Made by a program: the position numbers and the translations under genes. From a virus: 64,000 bases of DNA. How positions within the stretch are numbered: the stretch's first letter is position 1; the number at the start of each line of letters is the position of its first letter. The notes below the pieces were generated by a model that saw only the letters and a program-made list of their open reading frames with translations, did no database searches and was not told where the DNA came from. Of this stretch, positions 38,252 through 47,614 are shown piece after piece. Where the stretch lies: positions 366,259-430,258 of the IMG/VR virus record IMGVR_UViG_3300038463_000730; one strand, 5' to 3'.

Positions 38252-38820
38252 TTTAGATAGCCTTCCAACAGCATTGCCACGACGAAGCCATGCCCCATCG
38301 ACCTATGAGGATTGTTGATCACGTCCTCGTATGATAGGTTCAATTCCTTATGATTGTACCCATCGAAGTCCCACAGATAGACATCATGTTTCTCTGCGAC
38401 AGATTGTAATTTAGCAAAAGCCGCAGACTTCTTCACCGCACCAGCATAGAGCGGCATGTAGATCTTCTTGCGGGCTTCGATGTAAGATAGCCGTTCGCCA
38501 GCCCAATAAGCGCAGAGCGGAACGGCCTCTCGATCCATCGGACGACGAACGGCTCGCGGATTATTCCAACCATCACGGGCCCATTTGAAATACCGTTCGC
38601 CGATACTCCCGTCGCTTTCGGCGTAGTACTCGTAGAACTTGGAGTATTGCCAAGCGTTCTCGACGTTCTTCGCAACGTAACCATCGTACAACTCAACCGG
38701 GCCCAAAACAAAAGGGCTCAATCCTCGACTCCAATTGGAGGAGCGCGAAGTCGTGTTGATGATCAGTGCGTCGTTCGGTACGCTATAGTTCGGACCAATT
38801 ACGTACACATTAGTCGTCAT
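38248..38820 (-). CDS. NADAR-domain (YbiA/DUF1768-like) protein
   Basis: LSPFVLGPVELYDGYVAKNVENAWQYSKF matches the NADAR core (FSNF…G..Y.T.EHA.QA.KF). Start set at the MTTNVY Met, which has a GGGGAG Shine-Dalgarno upstream. Confidence 0.5.
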   Translation of the reverse strand: MTTNVYVIGPNYSVPNDALIINTTSRSSNWSRGLSPFVLGPVELYDGYVAKNVENAWQYSKFYEYYAESDGSIGERYFKWARDGWNNPRAVRRPMDREAVPLCAYWAGERLSYIEARKKIYMPLYAGAVKKSAAFAKLQSVAEKHDVYLWDFDGYNHKELNLSYEDVINNPHRSMGHGFVVAMLLEGYLK

Positions 38821-39622
38821 AGTCTTCTCCCCAATCGCTTTCCTCGAAGGCATCTTCGAGAGCTTTGGAGAGGGCGCCAGTATCGATCGTGTCGCTAACA
38901 TCCACCGTGCGACGAAGCTGTCTCGTCTTGGTTTTCATCGAGTCGATATGAATGTCTTTGCCGAGACTCTCTCCAATGAAGAAAGCCATGATGTCGATCG
39001 GCTTCTCGTCATTCGACTTCGTTGGGATCTTCTTGTCGATCGCTGGCGGCTTGATTGGCGCCTTCTCAACCGGTGCCAATACATCAGACTTCACTTCGGG
39101 TTGAACCGGCGCATGACGCACGGTTCCCGTAATAGCAAAGTCTTCGTACTCAATGTTATCACGAACGCCTTTGATAAGGCCTTCGCAAAAAGAATCTCGA
39201 TAGACCTTCCCTCTGTTCGGGGCGCATTTCGTTTTGATAACATTATCTATCTCGCCATAGACATACTTAAACAATTCCTTCGAAATCACTACGTCCTCTG
39301 GATCTCCATAGACATAGTATTTGAAGACCTGCTCGCCTGTCGTGGCAATGTTATCTTCTTGAATTGCGTAGCAATCGTATTTCTTGGTGACAATCAACGC
39401 GAGGAGCTTTTTCCAGTCCTCTAGCGTCGATGACTCGTGCAATAAGTTATCATCTGTGTAGATCGGTTTGTCACTACCCTCGATCTCCGACAACTGGCTA
39501 TCAGTTACATTGAACTTTGCAATAAGCCTCTGAGCCATCGCTGCGGCAGCAGCGGCCTCGTTCTCATTCGGGGACTTTGCTAGATTCAGTAAGAACTTGA
39601 TTTTCTGGAGATGGGGTTCCAT
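38810..39622 (-). CDS. hypothetical protein
   Basis: 270-aa ORF. Confidence 0.5.
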   Translation of the reverse strand: MEPHLQKIKFLLNLAKSPNENEAAAAAAMAQRLIAKFNVTDSQLSEIEGSDKPIYTDDNLLHESSTLEDWKKLLALIVTKKYDCYAIQEDNIATTGEQVFKYYVYGDPEDVVISKELFKYVYGEIDNVIKTKCAPNRGKVYRDSFCEGLIKGVRDNIEYEDFAITGTVRHAPVQPEVKSDVLAPVEKAPIKPPAIDKKIPTKSNDEKPIDIMAFFIGESLGKDIHIDSMKTKTRQLRRTVDVSDTIDTGALSKALEDAFEESDWGEDYDD

Positions 39623-39641
39623 ATCCCATCTATATCAAGAT

Positions 39642-39926
39642 CTAGTCGTTGTCTTCGCCCTCTTCACCATCTATCTTGTAATCATGCCATCGGTCTTTCT
39701 TATAATTCCAATGCCGATGATCCGAAATATTCACGTTGATCCAAAATAGTTTGAATATCGAGAACGTAAAATCCGGACCGGCATGATCGCGCTTCCTTGT
39801 CCAAGCCAAGGACAACTCGAAGAACTCGTTGGCAAAGTTGTCACCTTTTTCAAACTGCCATTCCAACGTCTTGTGCTCCGAGACTTGGATCGCTCCTTGT
39901 CTCAAGTTAGCGTGATAGAATTTCAT
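39642..39926 (-). CDS. hypothetical protein
   Basis: 94-aa ORF. Confidence 0.4.
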   Translation of the reverse strand: MKFYHANLRQGAIQVSEHKTLEWQFEKGDNFANEFFELSLAWTRKRDHAGPDFTFSIFKLFWINVNISDHRHWNYKKDRWHDYKIDGEEGEDND

Positions 39927-40104
39927 TTGCCCTCACGGCGCCTACTTACTTCTTCGATCTGCCCTTCGATATCCATTTCGGTCAGCAGTTCGAATAGTTC
40001 GTCAGTATGCATCTCCACTGTTTTCTTCGGCGGTGGTTGAGAACTTGCTCGACGAAGACGATTGACTTCGGCAACCGGCATTTCTTTCGTAATGCGACGC
40101 TTAT

Positions 40105-40512
40105 TCAACTTGACTTCCTTTTCGCATATTCAATAGCATCGGTCCAACCTTCCGGACTCGCCGGAAATCGAGCGGCCGGGCTCGGAGCTTCCTTTACAAA
40201 CTTCTGTTTCGGATCCCGAAAGTGTGGATCAATCCGACGCCAGCGGATGACATCAGCCTCGGTCACGTTGAGAAAGACCATCACCTTGTTCCCTTCGTAA
40301 GAACATTTGGTACAGTTTGGATACTGTACCTTCATCACAAGGTGCTGGTTAATCCGTACGAAATCAACTATCTCGTACTTGTCCGCATCCGGTGTTCGCG
40401 CTTCCACTTCTTTCCTTGTTCGCTCCGAAGCCTCGTATTCGTACTGCCGCTGCGCCACATTACTAGGATGTGATGAGCAATTCGGATCACCTGGAGCATG
40501 TCTGCAAGTCAT
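40105..40512 (-). CDS. hypothetical protein
   Basis: 135-aa ORF. Confidence 0.45.
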   Translation of the reverse strand: MTCRHAPGDPNCSSHPSNVAQRQYEYEASERTRKEVEARTPDADKYEIVDFVRINQHLVMKVQYPNCTKCSYEGNKVMVFLNVTEADVIRWRRIDPHFRDPKQKFVKEAPSPAARFPASPEGWTDAIEYAKRKSS

Positions 40513-40681
40513 TCGTCAGTCTCGTTGGGCTTCTCTGTCTCGACCCGCTTCCGCCTCGAAGCGGTGAAGCGCTTTAGCTCCTCCAATCCCCACTGGACCA
40601 GGCCCGTTGCCAATGTTGTAAGCATCGCGATGGCTAAAACTTTGCGCGTTTCTCGATCGAAATTGGTTTGCATCACTTATC

Positions 40682-40915
40682 TTATTTTCGGATCTGATCC
40701 GAAGCTGCAAGGAAGAGTTTACCAAGTTTTTCCAAATGATCGGCATTTAGATGATTGAGTGTCATTATGTTTTCCGAGTAACCATAGAACGAATTACTCA
40801 CTTCCAAACCGTCTGGAACAAACTGATCTCCATTCCAGGACATGGTGTATTTGAATCGATACCCTCCGTTATCGATATGAATCGACTCATCGAGTACAAC
40901 TTTTTTATCCATCAC
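40682..40915 (-). CDS. hypothetical protein
   Basis: 77-aa ORF. Confidence 0.35.
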   Translation of the reverse strand: MMDKKVVLDESIHIDNGGYRFKYTMSWNGDQFVPDGLEVSNSFYGYSENIMTLNHLNADHLEKLGKLFLAASDQIRK

Positions 40916-41129
40916 ATTCTCCTTTTAGACAACCACCAGGGATCGTAACCGTAGTCCACGGTCGGTCATGACCTTTCACGATGAGCGGCTCGTCAAGTGT
41001 GATGATATAGATGAATACGATGTGCTCGGATGAAATCCCGGTAATTCGCCCGGTTCGCTCAATTCCAGGACCGATCTCGAACCGAACGTGTTCTTCGATT
41101 TGAAAGTCGCGATGTAATCCGGGTTTCAT
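40905..41129 (-). CDS. hypothetical protein
   Basis: 74-aa ORF. Confidence 0.35.
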   Translation of the reverse strand: MKPGLHRDFQIEEHVRFEIGPGIERTGRITGISSEHIVFIYIITLDEPLIVKGHDRPWTTVTIPGGCLKGECDG

Positions 41130-42409
41130 TTCGGCAACTCGACCGGCCCACCGGTTTTGCCCATGATGTCAAAGTTGTTCAGGATGAACGCGATCACTTC
41201 ACGTGAATCGACATTCCGATTGAATACGACGTTCGGCCCATGCTCCTTCAGATAGACTGCGGAAAGGTTCCCAAACTTCTTGAGACCACGAGACGTGTTC
41301 TCGCCACACTGATGGGATCCGCATTCAAATTCCCGCTGGCTAACCTGCGGCACTTCCGAGCCAGGCTTGATCGGGATATGAGCGTGAACGATGCAGTCAT
41401 ACTCCGGGTGCTCGCTGAATACGATGCGCTGGCTCTGCCCACCGACTGATGGCTTCGAGCCATAGGCCAGGACCGAATCAGGTCCATCCGTCTCGATCTT
41501 GACGAGCCCAATCTTCTCCAGGTCGTTGAAGTTGGTTTTGCGCCGGGACGTCAGGAAGGTTCGTTCGTCGATTTTGCATGCGAAGTGCCCGACCGTTACG
41601 CCTCGGAACGGTTTGTATGCACCACAGTTGATCAGGCTATTCACTACGGCACGCAACGACTCTGGAACATCCTTCGATGACCACGGGACCGGCTCGCCTG
41701 CGACGACCGTGCTTCTGGTAAACGTCAAGTGACTTCGTAGATAAGCCATCTCGACAAGATTACGGAGCACTTCGTCACGTGATCCGTTGACCGTTTTCGA
41801 TACGTGATACCTGGCTTCTTCCGGCGTCACGATCATATTGACACGAGTCTTCGTATCATTTGCTAGGACTAGGTTGGAGCTAGATCTCTTAAGCAACCCC
41901 AGTGCTGCCACGTACTGTTCGTCTTCCGAAGCTCCACATGTGGTCTTGAAAGACACCAGAAAAATGTCTTTGCGGTCTCGCCGGATCTTCGAAACGAGTT
42001 TCGGAGCCGCCTCCAACTCAATCCGAATCGCAGGATCAATGTTCCGTGACTCCAACCTCGGTTCATATTTCCCACTCTCTGAGCCACCGTAACCATCGTT
42101 TATGTACCCGTTGAAGTCACATATCGCTGGACTGAAGAAGATAATCTTTACGTTCGGATTGGCAGTGATCGTAGAGAGCAACATGTCAACATCTTCATTT
42201 GTTTCGATGTCGCTATGTTGCGGATCGGCCATCCTGGTCAGGTGCAAGTTGACCTTGAGCTTGTCCGAATGTTCTTCGCACAAGCCCTTCAGACGCCTCG
42301 CGGTGAACCCGTAGGCCGGAGCTGCCAGTGCCAAGTGAGAACGAATGTGAGAGATCGTTCCACCACCAATAATCTCGACCGATTTCTTGAATGTCATGCG
42401 GACCTCCAA
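41126..42409 (-). CDS. hypothetical two-domain protein (C-terminal part weakly class-II-aldolase-like)
   Basis: 427 aa. The C-terminal YDCIVHAHIP resembles the aldolase-II His motif; unverified. Confidence 0.45.
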   Translation of the reverse strand: MEVRMTFKKSVEIIGGGTISHIRSHLALAAPAYGFTARRLKGLCEEHSDKLKVNLHLTRMADPQHSDIETNEDVDMLLSTITANPNVKIIFFSPAICDFNGYINDGYGGSESGKYEPRLESRNIDPAIRIELEAAPKLVSKIRRDRKDIFLVSFKTTCGASEDEQYVAALGLLKRSSSNLVLANDTKTRVNMIVTPEEARYHVSKTVNGSRDEVLRNLVEMAYLRSHLTFTRSTVVAGEPVPWSSKDVPESLRAVVNSLINCGAYKPFRGVTVGHFACKIDERTFLTSRRKTNFNDLEKIGLVKIETDGPDSVLAYGSKPSVGGQSQRIVFSEHPEYDCIVHAHIPIKPGSEVPQVSQREFECGSHQCGENTSRGLKKFGNLSAVYLKEHGPNVVFNRNVDSREVIAFILNNFDIMGKTGGPVELPK

Positions 42410-42614
42410 GCCTCAGTCTACCACGGAAGTCGTCAGCTTGATCATGAAATGACCGATCCATTGCCGCGACGTAGCCAATCGATCCGCCAAGAATGCCTGT
42501 CGATCAATCGAACAAGTATCGAACTGATGCTGTAATTCCCGATGCAATCCGATCAGGCTAACAACCGATTCGATATCGGTGATCCACTCCGTTAGGCGTT
42601 TCAATTTAGCTAGC

Positions 42615-43028
42615 TCAATCATGTTCCTCAAGATAATCAGCCGCAGACCTTAGTAATGCCGGGTTGTCCAACATGTATCCAAGCGCGAAGTTACAAGTGA
42701 CACACAACAATCCGCGAACTTTGCCGGTTGAATGATTGTGGTCAACACTTAATCTTTTGCCACTTTTATTAACCCTGCGACAGATGGCACAAACTCCATT
42801 CTGTTTTGTTACCAAAGTCTCGAATTCATCGAGGCTCATATCGTACATTCTTTTCAGTTTGCGCCGTAAATATCCTACTTTAGCTTTCGTAGGATTAGAT
42901 TCTTTTCTCCATGTGTCCTGTAACTGTTTGAATTTCTCGGGGTGGTTTTGTCGCCACCGTTTCTGAGTTTCGAGGCGCCGTAGTCTTCGAGATTCAAGTT
43001 CTTCTGGAGTGGTTAGTTTTTTACTCAC
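42615..43028 (-). CDS. HNH endonuclease
   Basis: CAICRR…DHNHSTGKVRGLLCVTCN is the HNH motif. Confidence 0.7.
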   Translation of the reverse strand: MSKKLTTPEELESRRLRRLETQKRWRQNHPEKFKQLQDTWRKESNPTKAKVGYLRRKLKRMYDMSLDEFETLVTKQNGVCAICRRVNKSGKRLSVDHNHSTGKVRGLLCVTCNFALGYMLDNPALLRSAADYLEEHD

Positions 43029-43046
43029 ACTCCAGATATATCGGTG

Positions 43047-43385
43047 TCATTCGTAACGACCGTTTTTGCACTTGGTAATATCTACCCCGATCGCCGTTCC
43101 AGCCTTAGCGAAAGCTCCGTGCTCCACCTGAATTCTGTTGTACCAGCCGGACAGATGAATCAAACCTGCTTCATCGTTCCAGAAGATACCGTCACTTGCA
43201 GTCTCATTGGTTATCCCAACTCCTTTCAGTTGCCAGCAATTGAAAGGTTTACCATCCATTCCAATCTGAGTAACGACCCAATCGGCACCGAGCTGGGTCG
43301 CAGAATACGAATTGCAATCTCTTTCCCACCCGGCACAACCAACCAACAAGGTAAGACAAAGTGAAGCAGTGACAACTTTTTTCAT
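43047..43385 (-). CDS. lipoprotein
   Basis: Signal peptide with LVGC lipobox (MKKVVTASLCLTLLVGCAGW). Confidence 0.5.
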   Translation of the reverse strand: MKKVVTASLCLTLLVGCAGWERDCNSYSATQLGADWVVTQIGMDGKPFNCWQLKGVGITNETASDGIFWNDEAGLIHLSGWYNRIQVEHGAFAKAGTAIGVDITKCKNGRYE

Positions 43386-43470
43386 TGTAGTTTCCTTAAG
43401 GCCTTTCCAACTATCAATCCAATTAAGACGAAGACAACGAAGGTAATGTAGAACTTGACGTACTCAGGAT

Positions 43471-43827
43471 TCATCCCTTCTTTCGCGGAACAATTGCCTT
43501 GGCCCGACGCTCCCAAACTACTTTGTATTCATCCTGGTAACCCATCGTTGTCTTGACGTTCGCAATCTCTTCCGGCGTCAGGGCTTCGTCGAGGTTCCAT
43601 GTCTGAGCAATATCACCCTTCGGATTGATTGCTTCGATTACCGCGTTACCAATTGCCCATCCGAAGTTCGACCAACCTCGACCCCAAACCTCGGGATACG
43701 CCTTGGCAATGTTGAAAGCGTTCTGTAGCAATGCCGGGCGACCAACCAACTCGACTGCCTTATCGAAGTACTTCAGCCCACAACGACGCTCGGTAACAAC
43801 CTGATCCTTCGTATACTTTGAAGCCAT
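43471..43827 (-). CDS. hypothetical protein
   Basis: 118-aa ORF. Confidence 0.45.
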   Translation of the reverse strand: MASKYTKDQVVTERRCGLKYFDKAVELVGRPALLQNAFNIAKAYPEVWGRGWSNFGWAIGNAVIEAINPKGDIAQTWNLDEALTPEEIANVKTTMGYQDEYKVVWERRAKAIVPRKKG

Positions 43828-43828
43828 G

Positions 43829-44056
43829 TTAGTCTCCGGTATGTTCGTAGCTTAGTAAGCTGTCTAAGTAATTATCGTCTTCAGCATCTTCTTCGCTATC
43901 GACGACTATGAAGTTGTGTAACGTTCGTTCCATGAGATAAGCTTCGAGTATCCTCTCCAACTCCTCGTTGGATTTTCGTTTCTCTCGAAGCTTATCTATT
44001 TTGTCTAGCGCGGCTTTTCTCGATACGGTAAGTGTTGAGTAGACGCCCATGTTCAA
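43829..44056 (-). CDS. hypothetical protein
   Basis: 75-aa ORF. Confidence 0.35.
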   Translation of the reverse strand: MNMGVYSTLTVSRKAALDKIDKLREKRKSNEELERILEAYLMERTLHNFIVVDSEEDAEDDNYLDSLLSYEHTGD

Positions 44057-45279
44057 TCTAGTGAGTCGTCACTACCTCCGCCACCGCAGTCACCACCGCC
44101 ACCCGTGAAGGGATCATCATCGTCATCGTTCGAGCTGCTACCGCTACCCCAGCCCTTGTCCGTGTCATCACTATCATCGTCGTCATCATTCGACAGTATT
44201 AACGCAACCGCGCCGATCGCTCCGATTACTCCAGCCGCAACCTCCACATCCTCCACCACGTTACTTCGCCGTTCCTCGCGCTCTTCGTAGATCGGTGAGG
44301 TAGAGGGCTGCGGCGGAACGTAAGGCGGCGGTGCAACGTAGGCTCTGGGTCGCGAGTACGGAACCGGAACCGGAACCGGAACCGGTGTCGGAAGCGGAAC
44401 GGTAGTACGTTCGTCAGAGAAACTAGGTTGCGGTGAATAGATCGGCGAAGCGTAGGCCGGGACAGGAGGAGTATATGAATAACTGTAGTTATCCTCATTC
44501 TTACGACGGAACATCCAGGCTGCCAACGCAATGGCGCAACCAATCAATGCGAGCAAACCAAGAACAAATCCTGCTCCAACCGAGTCACTCTGAGGAGTGC
44601 TGGTTGCCGCCGCTGCTTCAGTAACGGGAGTGGTATTGTCGGTAGCCGTGTCGGTCGCTGGTGCAGTTACCGGAACATTGCTCACGCTCGTTGCAGTCAA
44701 GCCCTGGTCCACGCGCAATAGATTGGCCGCAGCACTCGTTCCATCGTCGATTGCTTTGCGGAGGTTCCCTGCCTTGAAAGGCGGGCGGATTTGGTTCTTG
44801 ATGATGTCGTTGCATTGAACATCGGTTAGTGCTCCGCCTACTCCCTTCCCAGTATCGATTCGAGCTTTCCGATCATCCGTGACAATGAGGAACAATACCC
44901 CGTTGTCCTTCCCGCTCTTTCCTAGATGCCAGGAAGAGAATGTGGAATACCCTATGTCCTTGATGTCTTCCCCATTGAGTTTCGAAATGACCAGTACTGC
45001 GATCTCGTTCGTCGTCTGTCGGTTTTCGACTTCGAGTTGGTGATCCAAATACTTCACGTCAGCCGTAGACAATCGGCCCGACTGATCAACGACATGATGA
45101 CCGTTGAGCGGTGGAGGAGTGAATGCAAAGGCGACGTGCGGCATAACCAAAATGGTTAGGGCCAAAACCAAACTTGAAAGGAAAGTCTTATTCATGACAC
45201 TCAACTTAGGTTGGGAGTAGACGTGGCCAGCGCAGTTACTTGTGATCGATGCGACTCTCGATGTACTTCGTAACTTCAT
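44053..45279 (-). CDS. TPM-domain (YgcG-like) secreted/membrane protein with low-complexity tails
   Basis: Signal peptide, then a TPM core (…NEIAVLVISKLNGEDI…GVLFLIVTDDRKARIDTGKGVGGALTD…). Pro/Val repeats (PVPVPVPVP, encoded by a (CGGAAC)n tract), one TM helix, Gly/Asp-rich tail. Confidence 0.65.
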   Translation of the reverse strand: MKLRSTSRVASITSNCAGHVYSQPKLSVMNKTFLSSLVLALTILVMPHVAFAFTPPPLNGHHVVDQSGRLSTADVKYLDHQLEVENRQTTNEIAVLVISKLNGEDIKDIGYSTFSSWHLGKSGKDNGVLFLIVTDDRKARIDTGKGVGGALTDVQCNDIIKNQIRPPFKAGNLRKAIDDGTSAAANLLRVDQGLTATSVSNVPVTAPATDTATDNTTPVTEAAAATSTPQSDSVGAGFVLGLLALIGCAIALAAWMFRRKNEDNYSYSYTPPVPAYASPIYSPQPSFSDERTTVPLPTPVPVPVPVPYSRPRAYVAPPPYVPPQPSTSPIYEEREERRSNVVEDVEVAAGVIGAIGAVALILSNDDDDDSDDTDKGWGSGSSSNDDDDDPFTGGGGDCGGGGSDDSLD

Positions 45280-45427
45280 CGAAGGACTTGTCCGCAGCTT
45301 CGAACTTCTTCGTCAGCTCCGGGTCGTTGATCATCTTGATATGTTCCGCAGCATGCTTCAACGGAGCCTTCTGTTGCTGAAGATACGTGACCACCTGAAC
45401 GAGACGAGACTTTGTATCTAGCGCCAT
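45236..45427 (-). CDS. hypothetical small protein
   Basis: 63-aa ORF. Confidence 0.35.
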   Translation of the reverse strand: MALDTKSRLVQVVTYLQQQKAPLKHAAEHIKMINDPELTKKFEAADKSFDEVTKYIESRIDHK

Positions 45428-45445
45428 AGTGACCTTCCTTCTTTG

Positions 45446-46257
45446 TTACGGGTGCGGTTGCTGTTGTGCCGGTTGAGCTGGAGCCTGCGGAGCAGGCTGA
45501 TAGTATTGCGGCTGCGGAGCCGGAGCATACTGCGGAGGGTATGGCTGCTGTACCGGTTGCGGCGCGAGCTGCTGGGGATACTGGTAGGGCTGCGGTGCGT
45601 ACTGCACCTGCTGAGCGGGAGGAGCCTGGGCCGGAGCCTGAACATAGATGACGGTGGGCTGAGCCGGTGCCGCGGGAGCTTGGGCCGGTGCTGGAGCTAC
45701 CGCAACCGGAGCGGGCTTCATTAGGTTGGCCACGTTCGGCGCATCCTTCGCGCTCGCATCAGCCTCGAAGTAAAGGCGAGCCTGAAATGGATGACCCGTT
45801 ACGGCGTTCGTAACTTGCCCGTGAATCTTTCCCAGCTCGGTATTGTACTGGGCAACGACCTTGTTGTACTCCTGGCGAGAACGCAGGATACGATTCTCCG
45901 TTCCCTCGATTTGTATTGAGAGATCGTGAAACTGCTGCGTCGCTTTCAACTCGGGATAATGTTCGCTAGCAACCATCAACCGAGACAACGATCCATGCAG
46001 TTGGCTTTGTGCCGCATTGAATGCAGCAACCTTCGCCGGATCCGGATTGAGTTCGCGATGCGCGGCTGCCAGTCCACGAGTCCCTTCTGTTGAAGGGCTT
46101 TCATGTGACCGTGGCCAACAGTGTCGTTGTTTCCGCCGAGGTGATCCGAAATCTGTTTGAATGTCGGACTCTCGCCCTTGTTCTTGGCGATGTAGGCCTT
46201 GACGAAGCGAAAAGTTTTTTCCTGGATCTTCGTCAACGAAACTTCTACCTGCTGCAT
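45446..46257 (-). pseudogene. LemA-family protein carrying a frameshift (or a gene needing recoding); Pro/Gln-rich C-terminal tail
   Basis: 45446-45988 encodes …SLSRLMVASEHYPELKATQQF…GTENRI…YN…, the LemA core. The N-terminal LemA block (FVKAYIAKNKGES, cf. VKGYAAHEKE) is in the ORF 45976-46257 in another frame. The switch lies near 46095-46130. No N-terminal TM helix is present. Confidence 0.5.
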
Positions 46258-46285
46258 GGTCGTCTCCCTCTCGGTTGATCGGAGG

Positions 46286-47614
46286 CTAAACGAGGCGCTT
46301 TTCTGCCACGTTGGCCTTCGGAAGAGGCGATCCTACACCCTTTTCCACAGGAGGCAACCGTTCCTGTTGCACGTTTGAAAGGCGACGCTTTGCAAGCTTG
46401 ATGAACTTTCGTGGCAACCCGACAGCTACCATTATCGTTTCCAATTGACGCCGTTTGTAGGGCAAAGAATTGCGGCGCTTTACCTCCAATGCCAGAAGTT
46501 TTTCGGCCTTGACCTTCATTCTCTCAAGCTTCCGCAACGTCTTCAAAAGATTGAGCCTTGCCTTCAGCATAGCAAATGCCTCTCGCTTTTTGGTCCAAGC
46601 CATGCTCTTCCGACGACGTTCGATCTGACGAGGACTCGCCGGTCTTTCGCCATTGATCACAACACGAGCGTTGTTCTTCGAACGCTCTGCAATGACTCGT
46701 TCAACCTCGGAGGTTATGAAAAGGAATTCGAAATCGTCCAGCGGAGATAGGATCGATTTGAGTCCTGCTTCCGTTACCCAGCGCTTTGTGATCTGCCATC
46801 CAATACCAATCCTATGCGCGATGGCAGTGAGTGTGTCTCGACCTACCATTAGTGCGAGATTGGCAGCAACGACCCGATCAATCGTGGCAGTACTGACCCA
46901 CCAAAGACAATTGTTCGACGGTCGCTCTTCTCCGGCAGCTTCGAGCCATTTGCGAAGTCGAACTTTGTTTATCCCGCGCTTTGTTGCAGCCGGACCAACA
47001 ACCTCGGCATTCTTCACCCAATGCGCGGCGGCTTCATCAACTTCCTCAATCCAAACGTAATGCCGGTCACACGCTTTGCGCTCGGGAGTCTTCTTCTTGT
47101 TCCTCTTCCATGCCTTCCTTCGAACCCTGTTCTTCCAGGATTTTGGGTATGTTTTGCATGGAAAGATTTCCACTTCGCTGAAGGCTAGTATCTTCTTCAG
47201 CATATTGAGACTGGTGAAACCAGTCCGCCTACAAGCAGACATTAGAGACTCGGCGCCTTCGGGAGGCCCGACATACAACTCCATGGTCATCGCCCGCTTG
47301 ATGACCGAAGCTTGCGAGCGGTTCAAACCCTTGGCAATTGCAGCGACGGTACTGAACTCCCACTCACCGAGTAGGTACTGTAGCTCGTGAGGTTCCCACC
47401 GCTTGTGGCCCTTGGCAGCTTGGAGCCCGAGCTTACCGCCCATCGCCATGATGGCGGACTTGGAACGATTCGGCAGTAACTTCATTATCGCGCGAACACT
47501 TTTGCCTTCGTAGTTCGCCTTAATGATTTCGAGTTCCTCGGGCTTCCAAACCCGGCCCCAAGGTCCACCCTTCTGCGGCGTTGCTTGCTCGTGAGAGATT
47601 GCTGCAACCATCAT
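46286..47614 (-). CDS. putative DNA-binding protein with repeated Myb/SANT-like HTH motifs; paralog of 47611-48891
   Basis: Repeated W..EE…Y……IA..L.R…….A..LGL blocks; basic coiled-coil C-terminus. Confidence 0.5.
   Translation of the reverse strand: MMVAAISHEQATPQKGGPWGRVWKPEELEIIKANYEGKSVRAIMKLLPNRSKSAIMAMGGKLGLQAAKGHKRWEPHELQYLLGEWEFSTVAAIAKGLNRSQASVIKRAMTMELYVGPPEGAESLMSACRRTGFTSLNMLKKILAFSEVEIFPCKTYPKSWKNRVRRKAWKRNKKKTPERKACDRHYVWIEEVDEAAAHWVKNAEVVGPAATKRGINKVRLRKWLEAAGEERPSNNCLWWVSTATIDRVVAANLALMVGRDTLTAIAHRIGIGWQITKRWVTEAGLKSILSPLDDFEFLFITSEVERVIAERSKNNARVVINGERPASPRQIERRRKSMAWTKKREAFAMLKARLNLLKTLRKLERMKVKAEKLLALEVKRRNSLPYKRRQLETIMVAVGLPRKFIKLAKRRLSNVQQERLPPVEKGVGSPLPKANVAEKRLV

Noticed and set aside
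41126-42409. Calling the 427-aa protein a class II aldolase or MtnB
   Set aside because: The only support is a short HAH-containing segment, and the N-terminal half looks like a different (Rossmann-like) domain. Kept as hypothetical with a tentative note.
44339-44375. Tandem hexamer repeat (CGGAAC)x5, checked as a possible CRISPR or satellite repeat
   Set aside because: It lies in-frame inside the TPM-domain gene and encodes the PVPVPVPVP low-complexity linker. There are no spacers and no repeat-spacer periodicity.
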